A stretch of 64,000 bases of DNA. It comes from Prorocentrum cordatum (lineage: Eukaryota). Below are positions 26,218 through 38,387 of the stretch, piece by piece. The DNA lies in contig CAUYUJ010000227.1 of assembly GCA_963575745.1 (NCBI GenBank), forward strand, positions 1 to 64,000, in the 5' to 3' direction. Under the pieces are notes generated by a model. It saw only the letters and a program-made list of their open reading frames with translations, was not told where the DNA came from and searched no databases. Position 1 is the first letter of the stretch, and each line of letters starts with the position of its first letter. Made by a program: the position numbers and the translations under genes.

Positions 26218-28158
26218 TTGCAGAGCCTGAATGTCTTTGAGGGAAATTGTCTTTACCAGATGACGTCACCCCAAAAGCCAGCCTCCGAAAGTTGGGTTGT
26301 TTGGAAGCCAGCTCGACTCAGAATTGCTAGACGGATGTTCTTTGAAGCAAAGTGCCAGAGTGCAGTGCAGAGAGTTCTTTATTCCTTGTGGCAGCTTGGA
26401 GCTGACATAGCATCATATTTTGGAGCTAATGTCGACAGCGGATATCAGATTCCTGAGTCGGAGCTGAGCCCAGGAATGGTCGCGGGCTCTCTAGTTACCA
26501 ATGGGATGGGGGAGGTCTCTTCAGTTACCAATGGGATGGGGGCTGTCTCTTCAGTTACTAGTGGGATGGGTGCAGTCTCTTCAGATATGAATGGGATGGG
26601 TGTGGTCTCTTCTGATATGCATGGGATGGTCTCTCCAGTTACCAGTGGGATGGATGTGGTCTCTTCAGTTACTGGTGGGATGGTGGGAGTCTCTTCAGTT
26701 ACCAGTGGGATGGGTGCTGTCTCTGATATGCATGGGATGGTCTCTCCAGTTACCAGTGGGATGGGTGTGGTCTCTTCAGTTACTAATGGGATGGTGGGAG
26801 TCTCTTCAGTTACCAGTGGGATGGGTGCTGTCTCTGCAGTTACTAATGGGATGGGCGCAGTCTCCTCAGATACGAATGGGATGGGCGCTGTCTCTTCAGA
26901 TATGCATGGGATGGTCTCTTCTGCTATGCCCTCTGATAGGGCCTCTTCTTCTCGAGATGTTGAAGTTCCCTGTGAGCGGGGGGGGCCTAGGGATTCCCCC
27001 AGGCCCCCCCCGAAACGTCGGAGGGTGGCTGTTCCTGGACCTGGACAACAGACGGTGTATCCTCGTGCGCATCGTGACGCACGCCGGCTTCTGATGTGCT
27101 GTACCCCGAGGTGGGAGGAGAAAAGGACACTGGAGTCAAAATATTGGCGTTCACAGTGGAAGTGGAAGGAGGCCTCGAAACTGACACGATTAGGCAGTAC
27201 TAAGGGGCAGGCGACGGGTGAACATCCTTGGTGTTTCATGTTCCAGACGATATTTCCCTCGTTTGTGAATCTGGAGGATCGGTGGTGGAGGGCGTGCTCT
27301 TTCTCTTACTCTGGCTTCGTTCAGTATTGCAGGCAGTTCCTGGAAGCTTGTACTTTGGGGTCTCTGTTTGACTTGTTTGTTGTCCGTGGAGGAACTGGAG
27401 GGAGAGGAGACTACATAAAGGAGAGGGGGGAGGAGATGTTGGCTCGTCCGTTGTCGGCGAAGGAGTCCGAGAAGCTGGCCCAGAGATTGGCCTCGAACAA
27501 TGAACAGGAGCCGACTTGGGATCTGAGTGATGATGGGATCGGTCTCGAGCTGACGGGCGATTCGCTTCTTATCTGTAACTGGATCAATGGTCTCTGGAAG
27601 GTTGAGGGAGGAGAAGGAGGAGATGGGGCTTCTTATCGTAGGCGGGTGGCAAATATTATTTCTCTTTTGGAAGAGTTGGAGGAGGAAGGAATACGACCCC
27701 CCTCATGGGGCAACGACTTCATTCGACACATATATCGAGAGAGTAACACAGTAGCTGATGAACTTACCCACTTAGCACGGGAAGGCCAGATATTCAGAGA
27801 GCTGTTCCACCACCATATCTTTCGTTCTGATGTCCGAGACAACTTTCGAGTTATTGGCCTCCGCGGATCCTTCGACGGCGGAGTGTGTGCCCAAGGTGTG
27901 GGCGTTGGCTGGTTTCTGCAGATTGGATATATTCCTCGATTCCATGACCCTTACCCTGACCCTGAGCATAGAGATAAGAGAGCTCGTGTAGTCTCCCTCT
28001 TCCCCCAAGCCTCCTCTCCTTGTCCAATCATATGGGAAATAGTAGGGCGTTGTGCACAGGCACTCCCCTCCCATAGCAGTATCACTGACGCTGAGCTTTC
28101 GGGTCTCGAGGGCCTCTTGCGGGCCGCAGTCCAGGTGGCCCAAGACCTCCAGCTGTAG
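26218..28158 (+). CDS. C-terminal part of a LINE ORF: RT-thumb-like region, 10-aa repeats, basic PPPKRRRV motif, permuted RNase H-like domain (646 aa; frame open from 26116)
   Basis: Uninterrupted ORF with RNase H1 motifs LELTGDS, RHIYRESNTVAD, RGSFDGG and ITDAEL. No RT catalytic YxDD motif is present, consistent with truncation. Confidence 0.75.
   Translation: MQSLNVFEGNCLYQMTSPQKPASESWVVWKPARLRIARRMFFEAKCQSAVQRVLYSLWQLGADIASYFGANVDSGYQIPESELSPGMVAGSLVTNGMGEVSSVTNGMGAVSSVTSGMGAVSSDMNGMGVVSSDMHGMVSPVTSGMDVVSSVTGGMVGVSSVTSGMGAVSDMHGMVSPVTSGMGVVSSVTNGMVGVSSVTSGMGAVSAVTNGMGAVSSDTNGMGAVSSDMHGMVSSAMPSDRASSSRDVEVPCERGGPRDSPRPPPKRRRVAVPGPGQQTVYPRAHRDARRLLMCCTPRWEEKRTLESKYWRSQWKWKEASKLTRLGSTKGQATGEHPWCFMFQTIFPSFVNLEDRWWRACSFSYSGFVQYCRQFLEACTLGSLFDLFVVRGGTGGRGDYIKERGEEMLARPLSAKESEKLAQRLASNNEQEPTWDLSDDGIGLELTGDSLLICNWINGLWKVEGGEGGDGASYRRRVANIISLLEELEEEGIRPPSWGNDFIRHIYRESNTVADELTHLAREGQIFRELFHHHIFRSDVRDNFRVIGLRGSFDGGVCAQGVGVGWFLQIGYIPRFHDPYPDPEHRDKRARVVSLFPQASSPCPIIWEIVGRCAQALPSHSSITDAELSGLEGLLRAAVQVAQDLQL
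26490..26925 (+). repeat. In-frame ~30-bp coding minisatellite (GMGAVSSVTN-like) within the LINE ORF
   Basis: Repeated gtctcttcagttacca(a/g)tgggatggg units; length variants are multiples of 3. Confidence 0.9.
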
Positions 28159-31100
28159 GCACTTAACGGGCGCTGGGGCGCTCGGTGCCTGGTCAGCCTC
28201 CCCAAAAAAAAACAATGATATTCGATCTAATTCCCGCTCGCCCTCTTGATCTGAGCTCGATCGGGTACCTTTTACTGCCAAAAAGCAGGCAGGCGGAATC
28301 GGCCGTTCCGAGTCATCTTGTCACGCGGTGTCGGTTTTCTCAATATAACTCGAGCTTCAGGGCAGCTACAGGGCCAGTGGGCACAGCTACAGGGCCAGTG
28401 GGCCAGTGGGCACAGCTGATCGGTTGAAAATTTTGTTTTCAAAATTCAACAATTCGTTAGAGATTTAGCAGTTTTTCCTGTGATATTCGATCTTATTCCC
28501 GCTCGCCATCTCCATCTCAGCTCGATCGGGTACCTTTTACTGCCAAAAAGCGTCCCGGCGGGATCGGTCGTTTCGGGTCATCTCGTCACGCGGTGACGGT
28601 TTTCTCAAGATAACTCGAACTTCAGAACAGCTACAGAGCTGGTAAGCACAGCTAATCGATCCAGAATGATCAGGCGCGTTCGCCTGTCGAACCCAGAGGT
28701 CTGAAATCGGTCTGCTAGCCGAGCTAGATTTAAAAACCTATTCGTATTATCCGAGTCATCTTCACAGACGCTCTCGGTATTTTGCTAAACTCGAGCTGTA
28801 GGGCAGCTACAGAGCTAGTCGCAGAAATCGATTGGGAATCATTAGGCTCTGAACTCGCCCTGCTGCCCGAGCTAGAATCGCGAAACTATTTCTATTGTTC
28901 GAATCATCTGAAGAGGTACTGTCGCGTTCTAAACTTCAGGCTACAGTGCTGCTGGGGACAGCAATCGATTTGGAGACATCAGGCGCGTCCGCCGGTGGAA
29001 GCCAGAGCTCAGAACTCGGCCTGCTGCCTGAACTCGGTCCGCGAATCTGTTCGTATTGTTCGAGTCATCCTGAAAGATGCTATCGGTTTTCTGCACTAAA
29101 CTCGAGCTGTAGGGGAGCTGCAGGGCTGGTAATCACAGGAATCGATTCGGAGACATCAGACGCGTCCGCCTGTCGCATTCAGAGGTCTGAACTCGGTCTG
29201 ATACTCGAGCTCGGTTTAGGAAACTATTCGTTTTGTTCGAGTTATCTTCAGAGGTGCTGTTGATTAGCGCACGTAACTCGGGCTGTAGCAGAGCTACAGA
29301 TCTCGTGCACAAGACAATCCAGAAGCATCAGGGGGCGTTCGGCTGTTGCATTGAGAGGTTCGAAATCGCTTGGGCTGAAAAACTATTCGTTCTCTGCAAT
29401 TTATTTTCTACATTATATATAGTCAGGAAGCTCTACGAGTCACCCGGCGGTAAGAAAGGTTGACGGTTTACCGCCGGCGCCCAGTAAAGGCTTTCTAGGC
29501 GCAGATTTACCATTGAAACACTTGGAGGAACCAACTGAGGGCTGGCGGTAAACCGTCAACCTTTGTTACCGCTGGGAGACTCGTAGATCCTGAGAATATA
29601 GAATATGAAAAATAAATTGCAGAGAACGAATAATTTTTCGCCCGAGCGATTTCATACCTCTCGATGCAACAACCCAACGTCCTCTGATGCTTCTGGATTC
29701 TCTTCTGTACGAACTCTGTAGCTCTGCTACAGCCCGAATTACGTGCGCTAATCAACAGCACCTCTGAAGGTGACTCAAACAAACGAATAGTTTCGTAAAC
29801 CCAGCTCGAGTAGCATACCGACCTCTGAATGCGACAGACGGACGCGTCTGATGTCTCCGAATTGATTTCTGTGATAACCAGCCCTGGAGCTCCCCTAGAG
29901 CCCGAGTTAAGTGCAGAAAACCGACAACATCTTTCAGGATGACTCGAACTAGTTCGGGCAGCAGACCGAGTTCCGAGCTCTGGATTCGACAGACGGACGC
30001 GCTTGATGTCTCCAAATCGATTGCTGTCGCCACCAGCACTGTAGCCCGCCTACAGCCTGAGTTAAGTGCAGGAAGCGACAGTACCTCTCAGATGACTCGA
30101 ACAAGTTTCGCGATCCTAGCTCGGGCAGCAGGGCAGGGCGAGTTCAGAGCTCTCAGTTCAACAGACGAACGGACCCGATGATTCCCAATCAATTTCTGTC
30201 CTATCAGACCGAGTTCAGACCTCTGGGTTCAACAGGCGAACGCACCTGATCATTCTGAATCGATAAGCTGTGCCTACCAGCTCTGTAGCTGTCCTGAAGC
30301 TCGAGTTATCTTGAGAAAACCGATAGCACGTATCATGACTCGAAACAGCTGATCCCGCCTGCCTGCTTTTTGGCAGTAAAAGGTACCCCCTGGAATTACT
30401 CTTAGCTTCCAGCAATAACTTGCTAAGGGAAGCTCTACGAGTTACTTCATTTCGACATGAAAAAAATCACTGTTCAATTTCTCGAGACCTCCAGAGGCTC
30501 TCTCTTCTGACTCTGAGCTCTCTCACGCGTGAAAGGAGCTCTACGAGGTTCCCTGCGGTGACCAGGTTGACGGTTCAACGCCGGCGCCAGTCTAGTTGTT
30601 TTTTTTTCATGTCGACATAAAGATGGTTCCGCCAAGTGTCCTGACAGTAAGAGAGCTCCTAGAGAGCTCATATTTAAACAGAGAGGCTCTCGTAGTCGTT
30701 TACAAGTGCGAAAAATCTGCTTTCTGAAAATAAATGGTCAAATCTCTTTCAAATACTGGGCGCTGGCGGTAAACCGTCAGCCTTTGTTACCGCCCGGGGA
30801 CTCGTAGAGCTTCCTGGCAATTTATAATTTCGAGAAAGATTGCAGAGAGCGAATAGTTTTTCAGCCCAAGCGATTTCAGACCTCTCGATGCAACAGCCAA
30901 ACGCCCCCCAATGCTTCTGGATTGTCTCTGTTGCTCTCTTACAGCCGAGTTACGTGCGTTAATCGAGAGCACCTCTCAAGATGAATCGAACAAAATCAAT
31001 CGTTTGGCAAACCCAGCTCGAGTATCAGACCGAGTTCAGACCTCTGAATGCGACAGGCTGACGCGTCTGATGCCTTCGCATCGATTCCTCTCATTACCAG

Positions 31101-33972
31101 CCCTGCAGCCCCCCTACAGCCCAAGTTAAGTGCAGAAAGCCGACAGCATCTTTCAGAATGACTCGAACAATACAAACAGTTTCGCGGACCTAGTTCGGGC
31201 AGCAGACCGAGTTCTGAGCTCGTACGAGCTCTGGAGCTCTGCTACAGCCCGAGTTACGTGCGCTAATCAACAGCACCTCTGAAGATAACTCGAACAAAAC
31301 GAATAGTTTCCTAAACCGAGCTCGAGTATCAGACCGAGTTCAGACCTCTGAATGCGGCAGGCGGGCGCGTCTGATGTCTCCGAATCGATTCCTGTGATTA
31401 CCAGCCCTGCAGCTCCCCTACAGCTCGAGTTAAGTGCAGAAAACCGATGGCGTCTTTCAGGATGACTCGAACAATACGAACAGATTCGCGGACCGAGTTC
31501 AGGCAGCAGGCCGAGTTCTGAGCTCTGGATTCTACAGGCACACGCGCCTGATGTCTCAAATCGATTGCTGTCACCGCCAGCAACATAGCCCCCTACAACC
31601 CGAGTTGAGTGAAAACCGATAGCACCTCTCAAGGTGACTCGAAGAACACGAACAGTTTCGCGATTCTGGATCGGGCAGCAGACAGAATTCAGAGCTCTGA
31701 ATTCAAAAGACAAACGCGACTGAGCATTCTGAATCGATTCCTGTACGTATCAGCTATGTGTCCTATAGCTCGAGTTAAGTACAGAATAATACGAATAGGT
31801 TTGCGGACCTAGCTCGGCCAGCAGACCGAGTTCAGACCTCTGAATGGAAGAGACGAGCGCGCCTGATCATTCTGAATCGATAAGGCGCGCTTACCAGCTC
31901 TGTAGCTGTCATATATCTCGAGTTCAGTCCAATGTACCGACAGCGCATATCAAGATGACTCGAAAGAGCCGATCCCGCCGCAGTGCTTTTTGGCAATAGA
32001 AGGTACCGATCGAGCTGAGATCAAGATGGCGAGCGGGAGTATGATCGAATATCACGGGAAACAGTGAACCGTCAACCTGGTCACCGCCGGAAACCTCGTA
32101 AAGCTCCTTTCATACGTAAGAGTGTTTAGAGTCGAAAGAGAGAGCTTCTGGAAGCATTTCTCGAAAAAGAGAAAATTCATTTTTTTCGTGTCGACGTGAA
32201 GATGGTTCCGCCAAGTGTTTTGATAGTAGCAGTGCGGCTATAGAGCTCATACTAAGACAGAACAGATACGACAAATCTTTCTCAAAATGAATTGTCAAAT
32301 ATCTTCAAAAATTTCAAAACCACCCAACTTGGTAGCGTCCAAAACCCGGAGAGCGAAAAGACCTCGGAAACTGAAGCCGGCGGTGAAGCGTCAACCTAGT
32401 TACCGCCGGAAACCTCGTCGAGCTCTTTCCACGTGTGAGAGAGCTGAGAGTCGAAAGAGAAGCTTCTCGAGGCAATTCCCGAAACATTTAACATTGATTT
32501 TTTTTAAGTCGAACCAAACTTAGTTCCCCGAAGTGTGTCGGTAGTGAAGTGCGCCCAGAGAGCTCATATCAAGACGCTGAGGTTCTTATCACCTTTTACA
32601 GGTGCGAAGAATCTGCTTTCTCAAAAAGAATTGTCAAACATCTTTCAAATTTTTGTAAAACCACCCAAAAGTTATCCCTTTGTCCTTTCTAGCCGAATCG
32701 GCCAACTAGCTCCACCCCGCGCCGGAACTTGGTAGCGTCCAAAACCCGGAGAGCAAAGAGGACACGCACTGAAAATCCTTCCTGGCAAGCCCACAGAAGC
32801 TCTCGGGAAGCTCTTCTGGGGCTCGGGGGGCCCTCCTGCAGCGTCTCTGAAACGCTGCCAGGGACGCTTCCACGGGTGCCTGCACGCGTGCAGGCACGCG
32901 TGGAAGCTTGCCGGAAGCTCTCCCGGACACGCTGCCGGGTCGGGCGAGTTGCTGCGAGGATCGTGGAGCGGCGGAGATGGGCTGCTGGCGGGCACCACCA
33001 CCGCCCGGCTTCTAATCTAAAGCCCTCTAGCTCTCAGAGAGCTCTCCGGGAATTCCCCTAGCTCATCGATGCCCACGAGCTCTACGAGTATAGGAAACTT
33101 GGTAGCTTCCCAAACCCGGAGAGCAAAGGGCAAACACAGAAGAAGGCTTCTCTGGCGAGCCCTCCAAAGCTCTCGGAAAGCTCTTCTGTCACTCTGGGAA
33201 GCTCCCCTGCAGCGCCGCTGACTCGCTGCCAGAACCGCTTCCATGCGTGCCTGCATGCGTGCAGGCACGCGTGAAAGCTTGTCGGAAGCTCTCCCGCACA
33301 CGTTGCCGGCTCAGGCGAGCTGCTGCGAGGATCGTGGAGCGGCAGAGATGGGCTGCTGGCGGGCACAACCACCGTCGCGCTTCTAATCTTAAACCCTTTG
33401 GGAAGCTCTGGGGGATTTTTCCAGGAGTTTTTCCTGGGAAGCTCTGGGGGGCTCCCCGGAAGTGCTTCTCAAGCGCTGCCAGGCACCCCCCCACGCGTGC
33501 CTGCCCACGTGCAGGCACGTGTGGACGCGTGCCGGAACCTCTCCCGGACCCGCTGCCGGGCCGAACGAACTTCTGCGAGGATTCTGGACCGGCGAGGATA
33601 GGCTGCTGGCAGGCACCACCACCGTCCGGCCTTTAATCTAAAACCCTATAGCTCTCAGAGAGCTCTCCGGGAATCTCGGGGACGGGAAATCTTTCCTGGA
33701 GAGCCTTGGGGGGGCCCCCTGGAGCGCTGCGGAGGCGCTGCCACAAGCGCTTCCATGCGTGCCTGCACGCATGCAGGCACGCGTGGAAGCTTGCCGGAAG
33801 CTCTCCCGGACGCCCTGCCGGGCCGCCGGAGTTTCTGTAAGGCCTGTGGACCGCCGTGGAGGAGCTCCTGGCGGGCACCGCCACCGTCCGGCTTCTAATC
33901 TTAAGCCCTTTAGCTCTCAGCGAGCTCTCCGGGAAAAGTTATCACTTTGTCCTTTCTGGCCGGGTCGACCAA

Positions 33973-35693
33973 CTGGGCGCCGGCGGTAAACCGTCAACCT
34001 TAGTTACCGCCGGGGGACTCGTAGAGCTTCCTGACAACATATAATGTCGAACAAAAATTGCACAGAAAAAATAGTTTTTCAGCCCAAGCAATTTCAGACC
34101 TCTCGGATGCAACAGCCGAACGCCCCCGATGCTTCTGGATTGTCTTCTGAGCTCTGTAGCTCTCCTACAGCCCGAGTTACGTGCGTAAATCGACAGCACC
34201 TCTCAAGATGACTCGAACAATACGAATAGTTTGGCAACCTAGCTCGAGTATCAGACCGAGTTCAGACCTCTGCTTGCGACAGACGGACGCGTCTGATGTC
34301 TCTGAATCAATTCCTGTGATTACCAGCCCTGCAGCCCCCCTACAGCCCGAGTTAAGTGCAGAAAACCGACAGCAGCTCTCAGGATAACTCGAATAATACA
34401 ATAGTTTTTGCGGACCTAGTTCGAGCAGCAGACCGAGTTCCGAGCTCTGGATTCGAAAGAAGGACGCGCCTGATGTCTTCAAAATGGATGTCTGTGACCA
34501 GCAGCACTGTAGCTCTCCCCCAGCACGAGTTAAGTGCAGAAAACCAAGAGCACTTCTCAAGATGTCTCGAACAACGAATAGTTTCGCGAACCTAGCTCGA
34601 GCAGCAGGCCGAGTTCAGCTCTCGATTGAACAGACGAACGCGTCTGATAATTCCCAATTGGTTTCTGTAAGTATGAGCTCTGTAGCTGCCCTACAGCTCG
34701 AGTTAAGCGAACCTAGCTCGGCTAGCAGACCGAGTTCAGACCTCTGGATTCAACAGGCGAACGCGCCTGATCATTCTGAATCGATTAGCTGTGCTTACAA
34801 GCTCTGAAACTGTCATAAAGCTCGAGTTATGTTCAGAAAACAGACATCGCGTGGTAAGTGCAGGAAACCGACAGCACCTCCCAGGATGACTCGAACAGTA
34901 CGAATAGTTTCGCGGAGCTCTAGTTTGGGCAGAACACAGAGTTCGGGCCCTCGATTCGAAAGGCGGACGCGCCTGATGTCTCCGAATCGATTACAGTGAT
35001 TACCAGCCATGCAGCCCCCCTACAGCCCGAGTTAAGTGCAGAGAACCGACAGCATCTCTCAAGATGACTCGAACAATACGAATAGTTTCGCGATTCTAGA
35101 TCGGGCAGCAGACCGAGTTCAGAGCTCTGGATTCAACAGACAACGGTCACTGATGATTCTGAATCAGATTCTGTACGTATCAGCTCTGTAGCTGTCCTGT
35201 AGCTCGAGTTAAGTAGAGAAAACCGAGAGCGTCTGTCAAGATGACTCGAATGATACGAATAGGTTTGCTAACCTAGCTCGGCAAGCAGACCGAGTTCAGA
35301 CCTCTGGGTTCAATACGCGAACGCGTCTGATCATTCTGAGTCGATTAGATATGCTTACCAGCTCTGTAGCTGTCCTGAAGTCCGAGTTATCTTGAGAAAA
35401 CCGTCACCGCGTGACGAGATGACTCGAAACGGCCGATCCCGCCGGGACGCTTTTTGGCAGTAAAAGGTACCCGATCGAGCTGAGATGAAGATGGCGAGCG
35501 GGAATAAGATCGAATATAACGGGAAAAAATATTAGAGCTCTAACGAATTGTTGAATTTTGAGAACAAAATTTTCAACCGACCAAAAGTCACCAAAAGGTC
35601 CGTCGAGATTTTTCTTGCCAACTAGCTCTCCAGCGCCTCGGAATTACTCTTAAGCTTCCAGCAATAACTTGCTAAGGGAAGCTCTACGAGTTA
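33973..35693 (-). mobile_element. Family A element, reverse orientation
   Basis: Reverse-complement termini; host gagctgg^ttgg on the minus strand. Confidence 0.8.
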
Positions 35694-36224
35694 CCAGCTC
35701 CACCCCGCGCCAGAATTCCCTTAGCTCATCGATGCCGAAGAGCTCTACGAGGTACAGGCTAGCTCCACCCCGCGCTGGAATTCCTCTAGCTCGTCCTTGC
35801 CGAAGAGCTCTACGCGGTATAACGAAGAGCTCTGCGAGGTACTAAAAGCCATGCGGTGGTGGTGCCCGCAGCAGCCCATCTCCGCGCGTCCACGACCCCC
35901 GCAGCGCCTCGCCCGAGGTCGCCGCGGGTCCGGGAGAGCTTCCGGCAAGCGTCCATGAGTGCCTGCACGCGTGCATGCACGCGTGGAAGCGTTCCTGGTA
36001 GCGCTTCGGAAGCGCTGCAGGGGAGCCCCCCGGAGCCCCGGAAGCGCTTCACGAGAGCTTCCGAGAGCTCGCCAGGGCAGCTGTCGGGTGTGTGTTCTCC
36101 TTTCTCCGGGTTTTGGATGCTGCCAATTCTCGGAGAGCTCTCTAAGAGCTGGAGGGTCATAGATGCCTCGTAGAGCTTTTCGGCTTCGCTGAGCTAGAGG
36201 AATTCTCGCGCGGGGTGGAGCTGG

Positions 36225-37428
36225 TAACTCGTAGAGCTTCCCTTAGCAAGTTATTGCTGGAAGCTTAAGAGTAATTCCGGGGCGCCGGAGAGCTAGTTGG
36301 CAAGAAAAATCTCGACGGACCTTTTGCTCACTTTTGGTCGGTTGAAAATTTTGTTTTCGAAATTCAACAATTCGTTAGAGCTCTAGTATTGTTTCCCGTG
36401 ATATTCGATCTTATTCCCGCTCGCCGTCTTGATCTCAGCTCGATCGGGTAACTTTTACTGCCAAAAAGCAGGCAGGCGGGATCGGCCGTTTCGAGTCATC
36501 TTGTCGCGCGGTGACGGTTTTATTAAGATAACTCGAGCTTCAGTACAGCTACAGAGCTGGTAAGCACAGCTAATCGATTCAGAATTTTCAGGCGCGTTCG
36601 CCTGTTGAGCCGAGAGGTCTGAACTCGGTCTGCTAGCCGAGCTAGGTCCGCAAACCTATTCGTATTATTCGAGTCATCTTGACAAGCGTTCTCGGTTTTC
36701 TCCACTTAACTCGAGCTAAAGGACAGCTACAGACCTGATGCGTACGGAATATGATTCATAATCACCATTGGCTGTTCTCTGTTGAATCCAGAGCTCTGAA
36801 CTCGGTCTGCTGCCCGATCTAGAATCGCGAAACTATTCGTATTGTTCAAGTCATCTTGAGAGGTGCTGTCGGTTCTCTGCACTTAACTCGGTCTGTAGGG
36901 GGGCTGCATGGCTGGTCATCACTGGAATCGATTCGGAGACATCAGGCGCGTCCGCCTTCCGAATCCAGAGTTCCAAACTAGATTCGCGAAACTATTCGTT
37001 TTGATTGAGTCATCGTGAGGGATGCTCTTGGTTTCCTGCGCTCAACTCGGGCTGTAGGGGGGGCTGCAGGGCTGGTAATCACAGGAATCGATTTGGAGAC
37101 ATCAGACGCGTCCGCCTGTCGCATGCAGAGGTCTGAACTCGGTCTGATACTTGAGTTGGGTTTGCCAAACTATTCGTATTGTTCGAGTCATCTTGAGAGG
37201 TGCTGTCGATTTACGCACGTAACTCGGGCTGTAGCAGCTACAGAGCTCGTAGAGAAGACAATCTAGAAGCATCGGGGGCGTTCGGCTGTTGCATCCGAGA
37301 GGTCTGAAATCGCTTGGGCTGAACAAAAATATTTTTTCGGTGTAATTTTTTTCGACATTATACGTTGTCAGGAAGCTCTACGAGTCCCCGGCGGTAACAA
37401 AGGTTGACCGAGAACCGCCGGCGCCCAG
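36225..37428 (+). mobile_element. Family A element
   Basis: Both termini present; host gagctgg^ttgg. Confidence 0.8.
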
Positions 37429-37825
37429 TTGGCCGACCCGGCCCGGGCGGACAATGTGACGACTTTGGGTCCGTTTTTTCCGGAGAGCTTGTTGAGAGCT
37501 GAAGGGTTTAAGATTAGAAGCCGGACGGTGGTGGTGCCCGCCAGGAACTCCTTTCCGTCGCTGCACAGTCCGCGCAGCGACTCCGGCGACCCGGCAACTG
37601 GTCCCGGAGAGCTTGGAGAGCTCCGGCGACCCGGCAGCTGGCACGCGTGCAGGCACGCATGGAAGGGTTTCTGCCAGCGCTTCGGCAGTGCTGCTGGGGA
37701 GCTCCCCAGAGCTCTTCAGGAAAGATTTCCCATTCCCAAAGGGTCTCTTCGCTCTCCAGGTTTTTACCTCGTAGAGCTCTTCGGCATCGATGAGCTAGAG
37801 GAATTCCGGCGCGGGGTGGAGCTAG

Positions 37826-38205
37826 TACCTCGTAGAGCTCTTCGGCATCGATGAGCTAGAGGAATTCGGGCGCGGGCTGGAGCTAGTTGGCCGACCCGGC
37901 TCCGACGGACAATGTGCGAACTTTGGGTCGGTTGGACGAACTTTGTGAGATTTGAACATCCGTTTTGAGATTTGGTATTTTTCGCACCTGTAGTGGGTTT
38001 TTTCGCGTCTGCCAATGAATTCTCAGGTCCGTAGCTGCAGTGTACTTATGAAAACACTTGGCGGAACTGTCGTTCGGTGACAACTAAAATCTCACTTTTC
38101 GAGTTTTGAGCTCGTGTATCAGGAAAAAAAGCAGCGCCGTGCGAGAAAAGAGCTCTACGAGGCTCGCGGCAGTAACCTGGTTGACGGTTTACCGCCGGCT
38201 CCCAG
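37826..38205 (+). mobile_element. Family B element (~380 bp) inside another B
   Basis: Both termini present; host gagctag^ttgg. Confidence 0.75.
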
Positions 38206-38387
38206 TTGGTCGACCCGGCCAGAAAGGACAAAGTGGTAACTTTTGGGTGGTTTTGCAATTTTTTCAAAGAAATTTGACAATTCATTTTAAGAAAACAGAA
38301 TTTTACTCCGAGCATTCGTATCTTAACTTGATTCAGAGCTTTTCGGCATCGATGAGCTAGAGGAATTCCGGCGCGGGGTGGAGCTAG

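Larger units (their letters stand above)
26117..28210 (+). mobile_element. 5'-truncated non-LTR (LINE-like) retrotransposon with C-terminal RNase H
   Basis: Frame is open from the junction (26116) to TAG at 28158. It begins VPFSAKCRSYITRVQSILIYGSQGISW...LNVFEGNCLYQM, resembling the post-RT thumb region of RTE-like LINEs. Oligo(A) tail at 28204-28212. AACAATGAT is repeated at 26108-26116 and 28211-28219 (candidate TSD). Confidence 0.75.
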
